DNA from: a virus
Taxonomy: Duplodnaviria > Caudoviricetes
IMG/VR virus record: IMGVR_UViG_3300025087_000034
Reading direction: 5' to 3' (one strand)
Length of the DNA stretch: 64,000 nucleotides
The translations under genes were made by a program, and so were the position numbers. The notes beneath the pieces were generated by a model. It made no database searches and was not told where the DNA came from. It was given only the letters and a program-made list of their open reading frames with translations. Below are positions 8,110-18,873 of this stretch, in pieces. The stretch's first letter is position 1, and every line of letters begins with the position of its first letter.

Positions 8110-11100
8110 ATGGCAGGTAGTAAGAATAAATATATCTTTGATTTGCTATTCAATATTTCTACTCAAGGTGGCACTAAAGGGGGTGGTATTGGGGCCGGAG
8201 GTGGAGGAACATCCGCTGCTGCTACTGAGTTAAACGCTGTTCTAAGTTCATTAGTAAAAACCCTAAAAGATTTTCAAAGGGGTTTGGAGACTGCGTCTTC
8301 TGGGGCCTCTCACACGGGTGGGGGTGCTGGTCCTACCGTGAACACAGGCGAGGCAGGAAAGGCTGCTAAGTCTGCTGTAGATGCAACTACCGAGGCATTA
8401 AAGAGTGTGGCTGAGGAGGCTCAGAAAGCGGCTGAGCAAGAGGCTAAGGTCGCCTCTAAAGAGGCGGGGGCTGCTTTGGGTGATGTTGCTGATTCGTTTA
8501 AAACTTTAAGAGAAAATATAGGTAAACATCTAAGGGCATCCGAGGCTACAGTTGTATCTTCTGCTGTTTCTCAATATAGGACTGCAGCTCGAGCTATGTC
8601 CTCCCAGGTTTCTGAATTAAATAGGTCTAGTGTTACTGCAGGGGACATGGGTCTTAATAAGGTAATGGACAAGGTTCGTTCTTCCTTGCAGGGGGTTGAC
8701 GTAGAAGTTAAGCTCCATTTGGACAATCTTGTAAATATGTTAAAAGAGAGGGGGGCTGGAGGAATAGTTGCACCAGCTATTGTAGAGTCTTCAATACTAA
8801 ATTTGCGTAGAACCTTATCTTCTAAGAATATTGGTTCTGGTTCTGAGGCTAAAAGAGCTTCAGCAGTAGTAGAATCGTTTGGTAGAGAGGTTATTAGAAA
8901 GATACAAGATAACCTTGTTACTGAGTTAGATTCTTTGGCGTCCACGTTTGATTTAGCAGTTGGTGCAGGACAAGAAACTAAGGCTCGACAGTTATCGTCT
9001 AAGATATTGGAAAGTAGCCAAACTTTAATAAGTTTTATGGAGGCAGTAGCACGGGCGGGTGGGACTGGGGTTATTAATCCAGCTGTTATGTCTAAGGGTG
9101 GTCGTGGGGTGGCTCCTTTGGTTACTCCAGAGGCTAGTTTTTTATTTAGAAAGCCTAGTAATCTTGAAGCAGGTTTAAGTAGTACTCAACAGGAAGCTCT
9201 TGTTTTGTTGAGGTCTATGAAAGAGGTTCCTGATGTTACAGAGAGGGTCAGGCAGGCTTTTGCTTTATTGTATAAAGATGCAGGGGGTAACCTAATTAAG
9301 CTGCGTCAGAATTTTGGTGTAGTAGTAGAAGCGATGAAGACTTCCCCCCAATTTCAGCTTTTGGATAGGAGAGAGGCTGCTCTTGCAGCTAAAACCTTAG
9401 ATCAGTATGCCAAGGCTCTAGAAACCATTTCTATTTCTGGCGGTGATAAGATTAGGATTCCTAGGTTTATTACAGAGTTGGCTGGTAGTACAGGTAAGGC
9501 TGCTTTACAGGGTATAAATGCCTTAAGGGATAAGATAGCGGCCGCTGCCAAGATTTCTGGTGGGGCTCGTCAGGAGAAGGTTCTAGAGGTAGAGGACACT
9601 GCGGGTGGCCTACAAAAATATCTTGTATCTTTAACAAAGGCAGGCAATACTGCTGATAAGGTTAGGGTACAGGTAAGACAACTTAATAAAGAACTTAGCG
9701 CTAAGGAAGGTTTAACACTAGCTTTTAGAAGGGTTGCTATGTGGGGTTCCGCCGCCGGTATTGTTTATGGTGGCGTGGCTATGTTGCGTAGTGCAGTAAA
9801 GACTATGAAGGACGTTGAGTTCGGTGTAGCAAGTCTTGGCAAGGTTATGGTAGAGGCAGATAAGGACTTTGCTGCGTTTTCTGAGAATGTAATAAAATTT
9901 GCCATGAAGATGGCAAAGTCTTACGGAGCTAGCCTAGCGGAAGTTATTGGGGCTATGCAAATCTTTGCTCAGCAAGGGTTTGAGATGATAGACGTACAAA
10001 GGTTAACAGAGGCTGCTGTTCTTGCTGCAAATGTTACAGTATTAAATCAAAAAGACGCTGCTGAGGGTTTGACCTCTGCTTTGCATCAATTTGGAATTGA
10101 GGCATCAAATGCTATACAAATAGTTGATGCCTGGAACGAGGTAGCAAATAGAAACGCGGTAACCGAGGGTACTTTGACTGATGCTTTAAAGAAAGCGGGT
10201 TCTGCTGCTGCGTCTGTGGGTGTGAACTTTGATGAATTAAATGGTATGATAACAGCTATTGGAACGGCTACTAGGCAACCAGGTAAAGAAATTGGTACAT
10301 CTTTAAGATTTATTTTTCAGAGAACAGTTCGTCCCGAAACTGTGTCTGAATTAGCTAAGGTCGGTGTTATAACCAAGGATTTACAAGGCAATTTTAGGGG
10401 TTTTATGCCTATTTTGATTGAGTTAGCTGATAGATGGGACACTTTAACTAGAAGTCAAAGACTATCCGTTGCTACTGCTTTGGGTGGTGCTCGTCAGTAT
10501 AACTCCGTCTTAGCTTTGTTAAATAACTTTGGTTTGGTTTTGAAGGCTTCCGAGGAGTCATCTAACTCACAAGGGTCAGCTATGCGAGAAAACGCTCGCA
10601 TAATGGAAACAGCTGAGAAGGTATTTGCAAAGCTAAGGGCCTCTGCTGATAATTTAGCTGTAAGCTTTGGTAACACTTTATTACCAGTTATGAAGGGAGT
10701 AGCTACTGGAGGAGAGGTATTTTTAAATGTTATAAATGCTATACCCGATGCGTTGAAGGGTGTTTTAGCTGGCATTGCGGTGGCTTCGATTGGGTTTACA
10801 AGGTTTGCTTCCTCTATAGACATGGCGTTAACTTCTTCATTGGCTGCGGGTGGGGGCTCTATTGCGGGTGTTTTTTCTTCTATGGCTAAGGGTTTAGCTG
10901 GGGGGCCGAAGAACCAAGCTTTCTTAGAGAATGTATCAAAAATGGGCAAGTTGGACAAGATGTCTCAGAGTATGAAGGAAATTCCCGATTACTCTGCCGC
11001 TGCCGGTAAGCACCTCGCTGGTATGGGCGGTATCGTAAAGGACTTAAATGGCAACATAATATATAATGTAGAGTCCATGAGTAAGTTACAGTTGGCTACT

Positions 11101-14100
11101 CGTGGGGCACATTTGGAAATGTCTACATTGGCGGCTAATGGGGCAGTTGGTTTGGCTGCTTTGAATTCCCCCATTAATAAAGTCTTGGTTGGTTTAGGTA
11201 AATTTGGGAAACTTGTTTTTGTTTACTTATTTACCGGTTTGGGTAATTTAGCAGGGTTATTACCTGTTGTAGGTAAGGGTCTTAGGGATCTCTTTTCTAC
11301 GATGGTTGCAGGTAGAATAGCTACGTTGGGATTTGCTAGTTCCTTAGTTTTGTTTGCAGGGGTTGCTGCTGCAATTGGTGTTGGTATTGCGGCTTTGGTT
11401 AAGTGGGGAAAAGAGTCCGGCTCTGCTGGTAGGGTAGCTGAAGAGGCAGTTTCTTCTGAATTAGCTAAGAGAGAAGAAGTATTAAGGACAATAAATAAGC
11501 AGTTGTCCATGTATAAGCAGTTGGAGGTTCAGAGTAAAAAGGCAGAAAGGGGGGCACAAAAGACCGAGGACGAGCGAATAAAAGAGGCAGTAAATACAGG
11601 CGTTTATAAGTCTTCTAGTTTTGAGCGGTTAGAACTAGAAAAGGCAAAGCAGAAGCATGCTTTACCAATGGCAATGGTTTCCCCGGGTCTTATTGAGGGG
11701 TTTGATAAGTTTGGAAATGTTATAACTAAAGCTAGCTATGCTTTTGATGATTTTACTTCTTCTGCTATAAAGGCACAAGCTCAGCTGGTGGCTTTTTCAA
11801 GATTAAAGATAGCAGAGGGCTATAGTAAGGACGCTATTAAAGCATTTGATAAACTAACCGGGTCTATGGATGATATGGTGGCCGTAAAGGGGTTTTTAAG
11901 CCCCCAGACTGAGGGTCTGGGGATGCTTGTTGCGGGTATGGATTTATGGGCCGAGAGTGTTGATAAAGTTATATCAAAAGAGCTGGAATTAAAAACGGCC
12001 CTTTCACAGGTTGAAACACAAATATCTCGTATACCAAAGCAGGCTGGTGTAGAGGCTTTCGGTGTTTTTGGTTTTAATGAGTCTGTTAGTAAAGCGTTGG
12101 ATTTAGCTGCAGGCAGGCTTAGTCCGGCCTATTCAAAAACCTATGGTAAGACGCTGGGCGGTGGGGATATTTTGAATAAGATGTTTTTGCAGTCCAGGGG
12201 GGTTTCTGGTGCCGGGTACACGGGGGAGGAAACAGCATCCAAATTAAAGCAGAGAAATATTTTAGAAAAGCCCATCGATGCATTTTTGAAAGAGGTCAGC
12301 GAGGCTCGTAGGAAGATGAGGGGCGGTGAGCTTCTTATTTTTGAGGAAGGGTCGTCTTTTGGGTTTGATCAGGCTGTAATAAGAGTAAACCAGGGAGGGG
12401 AGGCTGTAGTCGAGGCTATAGATTCTAAGGGTAGGGATATAAAGGTATCTTTATTTGAGGCCTTGGCATCTGCTAGGAATGAGTCAATCAAGGTCTTTGA
12501 CCTCTCACAGCTTAGGCAGCAGGCTAGTGAGTCCTTATTGAGAGTTAAGAGGCAAATAGCCGGTGCGGGTGCTGGTTTATTTTCGTTTCCTGGGAAAATA
12601 GACTTTGGTGTTAAGTTTAATTTTGAATTGGGGGATACTGACAGGCTTCAGAAGGTAGGAAAGGAAGCTACCTCAATGTTGTTGGAGGTTTTTAAGTCAC
12701 AGACTAAGTATAATTCCGCTGTAAGGGAGTATCAAAAAACCTTGAAGCAGCAGGGTGTAGCGGGTGTAGAGGGGGTTATATCGACGCAGGGAAAACAGCA
12801 GCTTGATATTCAAGCCGTTACGATTTCTACCATTACCAACATTGTTCGTTTAGCTTCTGAGGTGGAGAAGCTCGGTTCCTCATTGGATAAGGCTGTTTTT
12901 AAATTAGAGGAAGCCCGTATTGGAGACAGGGTTGAGGCAGAGTTTGCTACTGTTTTTGGTAGCACGGCGGGTTTGGCAGATAAGCTTACAATAACATTAC
13001 CTAAGACTTTTGGTCAGCTTTCCCCAGCAGAAAGGGTTGTCCAACTTAGTCCAGAGTTTGCTATAGGCATGCGTTCTATGGATAGGCTGGTTACTACTTT
13101 AAAGGCTCAGATTCTTTCTACTCGTATGTTTAGTGGAAGAGACATCCCTAGAATGTTTAAAGACTTTACTGACAAGGATAGGGACGTGTTGTCTTCCGAG
13201 ATAGAAAGGCTGGGTGGGGATGAAAAGACTGCTACACAAAACACCCTTTTACTGTCAATAAGAAATACCAATAAAGAAGGGTTCGATGCTCTTCTTAATG
13301 CCCTTGGGGTACAAACAAAAGAGGTTAAACAGCAAGAAAAGAAAAATCCTGTTGATAAATTAGTTGATGCTTTTTCTGTAAACTTGGCTTCTGTTCTTGT
13401 AAGTAAGGGAGTTGGCCCTGTTTCTGTTGGTGATATAGCAGAAAGGGCTATGGCTGTTTCTAGGAGAGGGGCTGGGGTAGGTGGGCAGCCTATGGTTTCG
13501 GAGCCCGAGGTTTTTAAGGGTATAAAGGATGTTTTACGTAGTGCGTTTGAAAAGGGAGTAGCTCCAGAAGAATTATACGGAAAGGTGCTGTCTTTTTGGG
13601 AGAAGCTGTATAAAGAAGCACAGGAAAGGGAGAAACTAGTGAGGGGGGCGGGTGGTATGGCTAGTCCTGTTAGTCGCCAAGGTATCGCTCAGGCTAGGGC
13701 GTCGAGTGAAAACCTTGAAGTAATTAGGTCGTTTATTGACAATCTTAAAGAACTAGGTTCAGAAAAGTTTAAGGGTATATACGAAAGGGTGTTAGCACAA
13801 AGAAGTGTAGGGGCTGGTGGGGTCGGGGCTATTGATATTAGTAAGGCTGCTCAGACTCTTAGAATACAAGGGGAAAAGGCAGGTTTTAAAGAGACTGAGC
13901 GGTTGGTTGGTGCTACTGATGAGCTTTTAGTAGCTAAATTAAAGGAAGCTCAGATTAGTAAAGAAGCGTCTCAACAGATAGCCTTGTTTGCTACTAGACT
14001 TACAAGCTATTCTGATTCTTTGATACAGGGTTTTGAGAATATACCTCTTAAGGTTGGTGAGATTCTTTCTGCTGGAATGTTAAATGCTCCTATAGCAGGT

Positions 14101-17100
14101 GCGGCTAAAGGTGTGTTTGCTCCTAAGATACAATTAGGGAAGTCCGTTGATGAGCTTTCTCCGATGGAGTCCTTGGTTAAGAAGTTTCCCGAAGTTAGGG
14201 GTGTGGTGATTGCAGAATTAGAACGACAGGAAGCATTAAAGGTATTTTCCCAGCAACAGCAAAAATATCTACAAGCAGAGGTGGAACTACAAAGAGAATT
14301 AAACTCTGTGCAGGACCCACAAGGAAGAAAAGTTTTAGTAACTTTGCAGGAAAGGTTTAATAATCTACATATTTCTACAGCTTCTGCTGTAGGGGCTGCT
14401 AATGATAATATGGCTCCGTTTATAGAATCATTAACAGAAATGTCTCGTCTTGAGCAAGTTGCCAAGAACTTAGAGGATATAGTTAAGGGCCTTAAGAAGA
14501 TAAAGGATTTAAGGTTTGATGAGACTTCATTAGACATTGCTTTTGGTAAGCACCCACTATCTCCAACTCCTGGAGTTTTTGGTCAGCCAGCAGGGCTGAA
14601 TAAATATGAGCGTGATTTATATTCTATAGAGCAGAAGGGGAAGGGACCTCATACTTTAGAGGAATTTAGTAAATTAGCCATTCAAAAGAAGCAGGTAGAG
14701 TTTGCCAGAAAAGAAGCTTTAATTCAGTATACACAAGGGAAGGAAAATCAGAAGTTAGCTCAGGAAGTAGACGCCGCTAAGAGGGCTATGGGTATTTTAT
14801 GGGACGCCCAATATAAGGGTGTGGAAGGATTAAACCCCCTAATTAGTATGTTAAAGTCCGAGCTTTCTTCTGCTGGTGAGGTAATTAGTACTATGGGTGG
14901 GAAGAAAGAATTTAGGGGGGTTCCTGGTCTTTTTGGTGCGCGTGAAGAAATTGCTAAGGTTCAAGAGGCTGTAAAAGAGAGGGAGTTTGCGGTTCAACGT
15001 AAGGTAGTCATGCAGCCTTTAGAGGATTTAACTGCTACTGGTAATAAATTACTAGAAGAGATAAAGGGTCTTTTAGATACTAAAGGCGGCGAAGATGAAA
15101 AGAAGGCTCAGCAGATAGAGGAGGGGGCTTTAAAGGGTACCGGTGGAATAGTGGCGGAGGGAGTTAAGAATCTGTCTATGTTAGGGGATAATCTTAGCAA
15201 GGTTTTGTCCGGAGGGGTGGATAATTTTAGGACTATGTTTGACGCTATTGATGCTTTGTCTCAGGGAAATTTAAAGAGCTTTGGAACAGCCATAGACACT
15301 GTTACAAAGAGCCTGGCTGGTATAGTTGCAGCTATACCGGCCCCACAGAACGTACCTGCTGGGAGGCCTGACTTTTCTGCCTCTGTTGAGAAGCAGGCCT
15401 CTGGGGGGAAAATATCAGGTCCGGCCGGTATAGATAGGGTTCCTGCTATGTTGACAAGTGGTGAGTATGTAATACCAAAGGCGTCTGTTGATAAGTTTGG
15501 TGTTTCGTTTATGGACTCTTTAAAGAATGGTAAGCTTCCCGGGTTTAATAGGGGTGGGTTTGTTCGTAAATATGCACAGGCTGGTTTTGTATCTAAACTT
15601 ACTGATGATGAGAAGGACTATATATATGATTTTTATAAGGCAGATGCACAAGCAAGAGAGATAATAGAGGGTTCCTTAAGTAAACCGGTGGGTACTAAAG
15701 AAACTAATATATTTGCAAATTTAGGTAAAGTTTCTAAAGATAGAGAGGAATTATTAGGAGAAAGTGCTGGAGGGGGTGGTGGATTTATGAGGGGACCAAA
15801 TGGTGAAGTAATAGCTATGGGGGATATTGGTCGTATTAGGAGGAATGTTTTTTCGCCGGCGGAAAAAATTTCTAAACAACCAACAAGAGATTGGATCACC
15901 TCAAAACAACTTATAGATCAATATGATTCATTAAAGTCGAAAGAAGAACTACAAGAATTGGCTTATTCTGTTAAAAATGCCGGGAGTCTTCTTGGCCCAG
16001 AAAAGGACTTTGTAGAAAGTTTGAGACAAGGACTAGATCCTGGATTAGTTTTTCTAGGACAAATGCAGGGGCAGTTTGGTGAAGGTAATAAGATTATACA
16101 AGGCTCTTTGGAAAAGCCTGCTAGTACTACTATATCTGAACTTAAGAAAAAAGAGTTGGAGGCTAAAAAATTAGTTGGGGCAACTTTAGGTAATATAAAG
16201 GGTTTTGATCCTAGGGAAGTATTAGATAAAGAAAGAAGCAAGACTTTAGAATCATTGAAGAATCTTGGTGGAACTATTGGTGGTTTTATAGGAAAGCAGT
16301 TTGATCCAGATGATGCTATGATAAAGGAAATGACGAAGGGTGAGGATACATGGAAGGATTTTGGTAAGGGTGTGGGTAGGGGGTCTATGGGGCTGGTTTC
16401 AGATGTATTGTCTGGTGATATATTGGAGAAAACAGTTAAGGGGGCAATCGATTTTTCTAAGGTTGCTGCTAAGATAGGGTGGGAACAGGTTACTACAAGT
16501 CCAATAGAAACAGCAATAAAGGGGGAAAAATCCACTGCTCTTAAGTTGTGGGAGGGTATATGGGGGGCACCTTTAGGACAAAAGGGGGAGATGTTGGGTG
16601 GGTTGTTACCTAGTTTATTGTTACCGGGGGCCGGTGTTAAGGTAGCCGGTAAAGCAGGTAATCTTAAGGGGGGGTTAAAATCCAGGAAGAAGGTTACGGG
16701 TAAAAAAGCTGATATTACGGAAGCCCAGTGGTTAGATATTGTTAGGGCTTTTAAGGAGGAGGGGCTTTTTGTTGACCCTCTTCTTAAGAGTGGCACCATT
16801 ACTGGTGGTGGTTCTAGGGTAGGCCCTAATGTCGGTGGGTTATCAAAGGTTATGGTTGATAGGGGGCAGTTGTATGGTCAAGTAGGTATGGGTAAGTTAA
16901 TGGCCCCAGATTTAGCCCCAGTTAAGGGAAGAATGTCTAGATATATGGGAGAGGCTCGTAAGATTGTGGGGGATGTAGGAGTACCGAGGGGAGAGAGTAA
17001 GGGGAACCTTATTGGTTATGTGGAAACTCTTCTATCTAAGGGTGTTTCAAAAGATGAAATAACTAATATGTTAGCTAGCACACAACGTATGAGTAGGGGC

Positions 17101-18873
17101 TATGGTAGGGATGTCTCGATGTCCCCTGCTGGTCCCCACTTTGACCCAAGGACGGGGGAATTAACTAATGTGGTTGGGAGGCTTAGGGGCGAGCAGGGGG
17201 CTTTGCCTCTTAATTTACCGGGGGTGCAGGCATTACCTGGTGGGGCTACTCGTAGTTTTAATGCCCTAGATGTTTCTAATACCCAATTGACAGAGCAGGC
17301 ATTTACTAGGAGGCTTCGGTACGAGAGGTCTAGAGGGGCGCCCAGAGAGGAGTTACTTAAGTTAGAGAATGAGCTGCTCGAGTTGAGGCTTACACTAATA
17401 GATGATCTGGCTGACATAAAAAACTATTGGAAAGTTTCTGAGCGGTATTCGGAGGTTTCCAGGAGGGGGGCTTCAAGGGGGGACTTGTGGGAAGCTGAGG
17501 AAGTTGCTGACCTGGCTCATAGGAGGGCTTTTAATGAGTTATATTTAGATCTTGAGCTTCTAAAACCAACAAGGGAAGGTGTCCCAGGACCTTCTCCATA
17601 CGCAGAATCTTTAGGAAGGGCACGAACAATAAGGGCATTTGTTTCTGGCGGAGCTGTTTCTGGTTCGGGGGGGCCTATGTCGGATAGGGTTCCTGCGCTC
17701 CTTAGTAATGGGGAGTATGTAATACCGGCTGGGGCTGTTAAGAGATATGGGTCAGCTTTCTTTGATAGCTTAGCTAAGCCTAAAAAGTTGGCTAGTGGTG
17801 GTGTGGTAAGCGGTGGTATGTCTTTAGGGTTTGAACCTCGTGTGCTAGAGGGTTTAACCACAGCTATAAAAATAGCTACAGATGAAATAATGATAAATCT
17901 TAGGGGGGTACAGCAAAGAAGCCTCGACCTTATAGGTAATAGGGGTGTTTTACAAAGGCCTGTGAGTGAGGTAGCAGGAGGTTCTGCTTCTGGTGGTGCG
18001 GATATAGTTAGTGTATTAAAGGAGGTATTGCTTTCAGCTAGCCCATCTATGACTGGGGCAACTCCAGAGCAGCGAGGTTGGCAAGCCACGGGTAAGTCTA
18101 GTGGGTATATGGTGAATGTAGCTGGTATGGGGGCTGTTTCTGAAGACCAAATGAAGTCTTTGGTTGGTCCTAAAGGAGCAGTTAATGTTACTGGTCTTGG
18201 TGGGACGTCTGTGTCTGAGGTAGATCGTCTTATGGGTGGGGGAAAGTGGAAGCCTGCTGGGGAAGGTTCTATGGGTATGTCAGAACAGGATTTTCGTAAG
18301 TATATGGAAAGAGAGCACTTGCAGGCAGATGTAGAATTGGCGGCTGACGAGGCTACTTCTAAGTTGCCGGGGTTTAAACAGCCAGGCCAGGAGGCTGTTA
18401 GTGGCGGGGCTATGGATATAGATGCTTTGGCAGAAAGAATATACACAGCTATTGTTGATGGTTTTAAGGGAGGGGAGATAAGACTAGACCAGGACAGCTT
18501 GGTTTCTTTGCAGAAGGCTGTTGCAGCTGGTGTGGTGGAGGGCTCTTCTTCTATCAAGGAAGCCATTGTTGAGGCCCTGCCTTCTTTACAGGCTAGTGCT
18601 GGAGGCAGTGTGGGTCCTGCTTTACAGGGTAAGCTTGATGAATTAGAGGGTGGCATGCTTATAGTAACGGATGGTTTGGTACAATTAAAAACAGATATGA
18701 CCACAACCATAAATGAAAGATTTAGTGATATGGAAACACAGCTTACATCAAATGTAGACAGGACGTATAAACCAGAAATAGTTAGTATAAAGGGAGAATT
18801 GCAAAGAATTGAGGGGTTTGTTAAGCAAGTATCGGCTATGGCCCATGCGTCGTTATCGAGGTCCACTGATTAA
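8110..18873 (+). CDS. Tail tape measure protein, TP901-type core, 3587 aa
   Basis: Core at ~9810-10670 (MAKSYGASLAEVIGAMQIFAQQGF...AAEGLTSALHQFGIEASNAIQIVDAWNEVANRNAVT...LKKAGSAAASVGVNFDELNGMITAIGTATRQPGKEIGTSLRFIFQR). Long A/K/E/L/G-rich helical body. Two copies of the GG..SG....DRVPA.L..GEYVIP motif typical of tape measure C-termini. Confidence 0.92.
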   Translation: MAGSKNKYIFDLLFNISTQGGTKGGGIGAGGGGTSAAATELNAVLSSLVKTLKDFQRGLETASSGASHTGGGAGPTVNTGEAGKAAKSAVDATTEALKSVAEEAQKAAEQEAKVASKEAGAALGDVADSFKTLRENIGKHLRASEATVVSSAVSQYRTAARAMSSQVSELNRSSVTAGDMGLNKVMDKVRSSLQGVDVEVKLHLDNLVNMLKERGAGGIVAPAIVESSILNLRRTLSSKNIGSGSEAKRASAVVESFGREVIRKIQDNLVTELDSLASTFDLAVGAGQETKARQLSSKILESSQTLISFMEAVARAGGTGVINPAVMSKGGRGVAPLVTPEASFLFRKPSNLEAGLSSTQQEALVLLRSMKEVPDVTERVRQAFALLYKDAGGNLIKLRQNFGVVVEAMKTSPQFQLLDRREAALAAKTLDQYAKALETISISGGDKIRIPRFITELAGSTGKAALQGINALRDKIAAAAKISGGARQEKVLEVEDTAGGLQKYLVSLTKAGNTADKVRVQVRQLNKELSAKEGLTLAFRRVAMWGSAAGIVYGGVAMLRSAVKTMKDVEFGVASLGKVMVEADKDFAAFSENVIKFAMKMAKSYGASLAEVIGAMQIFAQQGFEMIDVQRLTEAAVLAANVTVLNQKDAAEGLTSALHQFGIEASNAIQIVDAWNEVANRNAVTEGTLTDALKKAGSAAASVGVNFDELNGMITAIGTATRQPGKEIGTSLRFIFQRTVRPETVSELAKVGVITKDLQGNFRGFMPILIELADRWDTLTRSQRLSVATALGGARQYNSVLALLNNFGLVLKASEESSNSQGSAMRENARIMETAEKVFAKLRASADNLAVSFGNTLLPVMKGVATGGEVFLNVINAIPDALKGVLAGIAVASIGFTRFASSIDMALTSSLAAGGGSIAGVFSSMAKGLAGGPKNQAFLENVSKMGKLDKMSQSMKEIPDYSAAAGKHLAGMGGIVKDLNGNIIYNVESMSKLQLATRGAHLEMSTLAANGAVGLAALNSPINKVLVGLGKFGKLVFVYLFTGLGNLAGLLPVVGKGLRDLFSTMVAGRIATLGFASSLVLFAGVAAAIGVGIAALVKWGKESGSAGRVAEEAVSSELAKREEVLRTINKQLSMYKQLEVQSKKAERGAQKTEDERIKEAVNTGVYKSSSFERLELEKAKQKHALPMAMVSPGLIEGFDKFGNVITKASYAFDDFTSSAIKAQAQLVAFSRLKIAEGYSKDAIKAFDKLTGSMDDMVAVKGFLSPQTEGLGMLVAGMDLWAESVDKVISKELELKTALSQVETQISRIPKQAGVEAFGVFGFNESVSKALDLAAGRLSPAYSKTYGKTLGGGDILNKMFLQSRGVSGAGYTGEETASKLKQRNILEKPIDAFLKEVSEARRKMRGGELLIFEEGSSFGFDQAVIRVNQGGEAVVEAIDSKGRDIKVSLFEALASARNESIKVFDLSQLRQQASESLLRVKRQIAGAGAGLFSFPGKIDFGVKFNFELGDTDRLQKVGKEATSMLLEVFKSQTKYNSAVREYQKTLKQQGVAGVEGVISTQGKQQLDIQAVTISTITNIVRLASEVEKLGSSLDKAVFKLEEARIGDRVEAEFATVFGSTAGLADKLTITLPKTFGQLSPAERVVQLSPEFAIGMRSMDRLVTTLKAQILSTRMFSGRDIPRMFKDFTDKDRDVLSSEIERLGGDEKTATQNTLLLSIRNTNKEGFDALLNALGVQTKEVKQQEKKNPVDKLVDAFSVNLASVLVSKGVGPVSVGDIAERAMAVSRRGAGVGGQPMVSEPEVFKGIKDVLRSAFEKGVAPEELYGKVLSFWEKLYKEAQEREKLVRGAGGMASPVSRQGIAQARASSENLEVIRSFIDNLKELGSEKFKGIYERVLAQRSVGAGGVGAIDISKAAQTLRIQGEKAGFKETERLVGATDELLVAKLKEAQISKEASQQIALFATRLTSYSDSLIQGFENIPLKVGEILSAGMLNAPIAGAAKGVFAPKIQLGKSVDELSPMESLVKKFPEVRGVVIAELERQEALKVFSQQQQKYLQAEVELQRELNSVQDPQGRKVLVTLQERFNNLHISTASAVGAANDNMAPFIESLTEMSRLEQVAKNLEDIVKGLKKIKDLRFDETSLDIAFGKHPLSPTPGVFGQPAGLNKYERDLYSIEQKGKGPHTLEEFSKLAIQKKQVEFARKEALIQYTQGKENQKLAQEVDAAKRAMGILWDAQYKGVEGLNPLISMLKSELSSAGEVISTMGGKKEFRGVPGLFGAREEIAKVQEAVKEREFAVQRKVVMQPLEDLTATGNKLLEEIKGLLDTKGGEDEKKAQQIEEGALKGTGGIVAEGVKNLSMLGDNLSKVLSGGVDNFRTMFDAIDALSQGNLKSFGTAIDTVTKSLAGIVAAIPAPQNVPAGRPDFSASVEKQASGGKISGPAGIDRVPAMLTSGEYVIPKASVDKFGVSFMDSLKNGKLPGFNRGGFVRKYAQAGFVSKLTDDEKDYIYDFYKADAQAREIIEGSLSKPVGTKETNIFANLGKVSKDREELLGESAGGGGGFMRGPNGEVIAMGDIGRIRRNVFSPAEKISKQPTRDWITSKQLIDQYDSLKSKEELQELAYSVKNAGSLLGPEKDFVESLRQGLDPGLVFLGQMQGQFGEGNKIIQGSLEKPASTTISELKKKELEAKKLVGATLGNIKGFDPREVLDKERSKTLESLKNLGGTIGGFIGKQFDPDDAMIKEMTKGEDTWKDFGKGVGRGSMGLVSDVLSGDILEKTVKGAIDFSKVAAKIGWEQVTTSPIETAIKGEKSTALKLWEGIWGAPLGQKGEMLGGLLPSLLLPGAGVKVAGKAGNLKGGLKSRKKVTGKKADITEAQWLDIVRAFKEEGLFVDPLLKSGTITGGGSRVGPNVGGLSKVMVDRGQLYGQVGMGKLMAPDLAPVKGRMSRYMGEARKIVGDVGVPRGESKGNLIGYVETLLSKGVSKDEITNMLASTQRMSRGYGRDVSMSPAGPHFDPRTGELTNVVGRLRGEQGALPLNLPGVQALPGGATRSFNALDVSNTQLTEQAFTRRLRYERSRGAPREELLKLENELLELRLTLIDDLADIKNYWKVSERYSEVSRRGASRGDLWEAEEVADLAHRRAFNELYLDLELLKPTREGVPGPSPYAESLGRARTIRAFVSGGAVSGSGGPMSDRVPALLSNGEYVIPAGAVKRYGSAFFDSLAKPKKLASGGVVSGGMSLGFEPRVLEGLTTAIKIATDEIMINLRGVQQRSLDLIGNRGVLQRPVSEVAGGSASGGADIVSVLKEVLLSASPSMTGATPEQRGWQATGKSSGYMVNVAGMGAVSEDQMKSLVGPKGAVNVTGLGGTSVSEVDRLMGGGKWKPAGEGSMGMSEQDFRKYMEREHLQADVELAADEATSKLPGFKQPGQEAVSGGAMDIDALAERIYTAIVDGFKGGEIRLDQDSLVSLQKAVAAGVVEGSSSIKEAIVEALPSLQASAGGSVGPALQGKLDELEGGMLIVTDGLVQLKTDMTTTINERFSDMETQLTSNVDRTYKPEIVSIKGELQRIEGFVKQVSAMAHASLSRSTD

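Noticed and set aside
17517-18866. 449-aa minus-strand ORF, plus other antisense ORFs within the tape measure gene (e.g. 15963..16799, 14007..14537, 10494..10958)
   Set aside because: These are shadow frames of a strongly codon-biased + strand gene. They are S/P/T/L-rich, have no SD or recognisable motif, and overlap a well-supported CDS completely.
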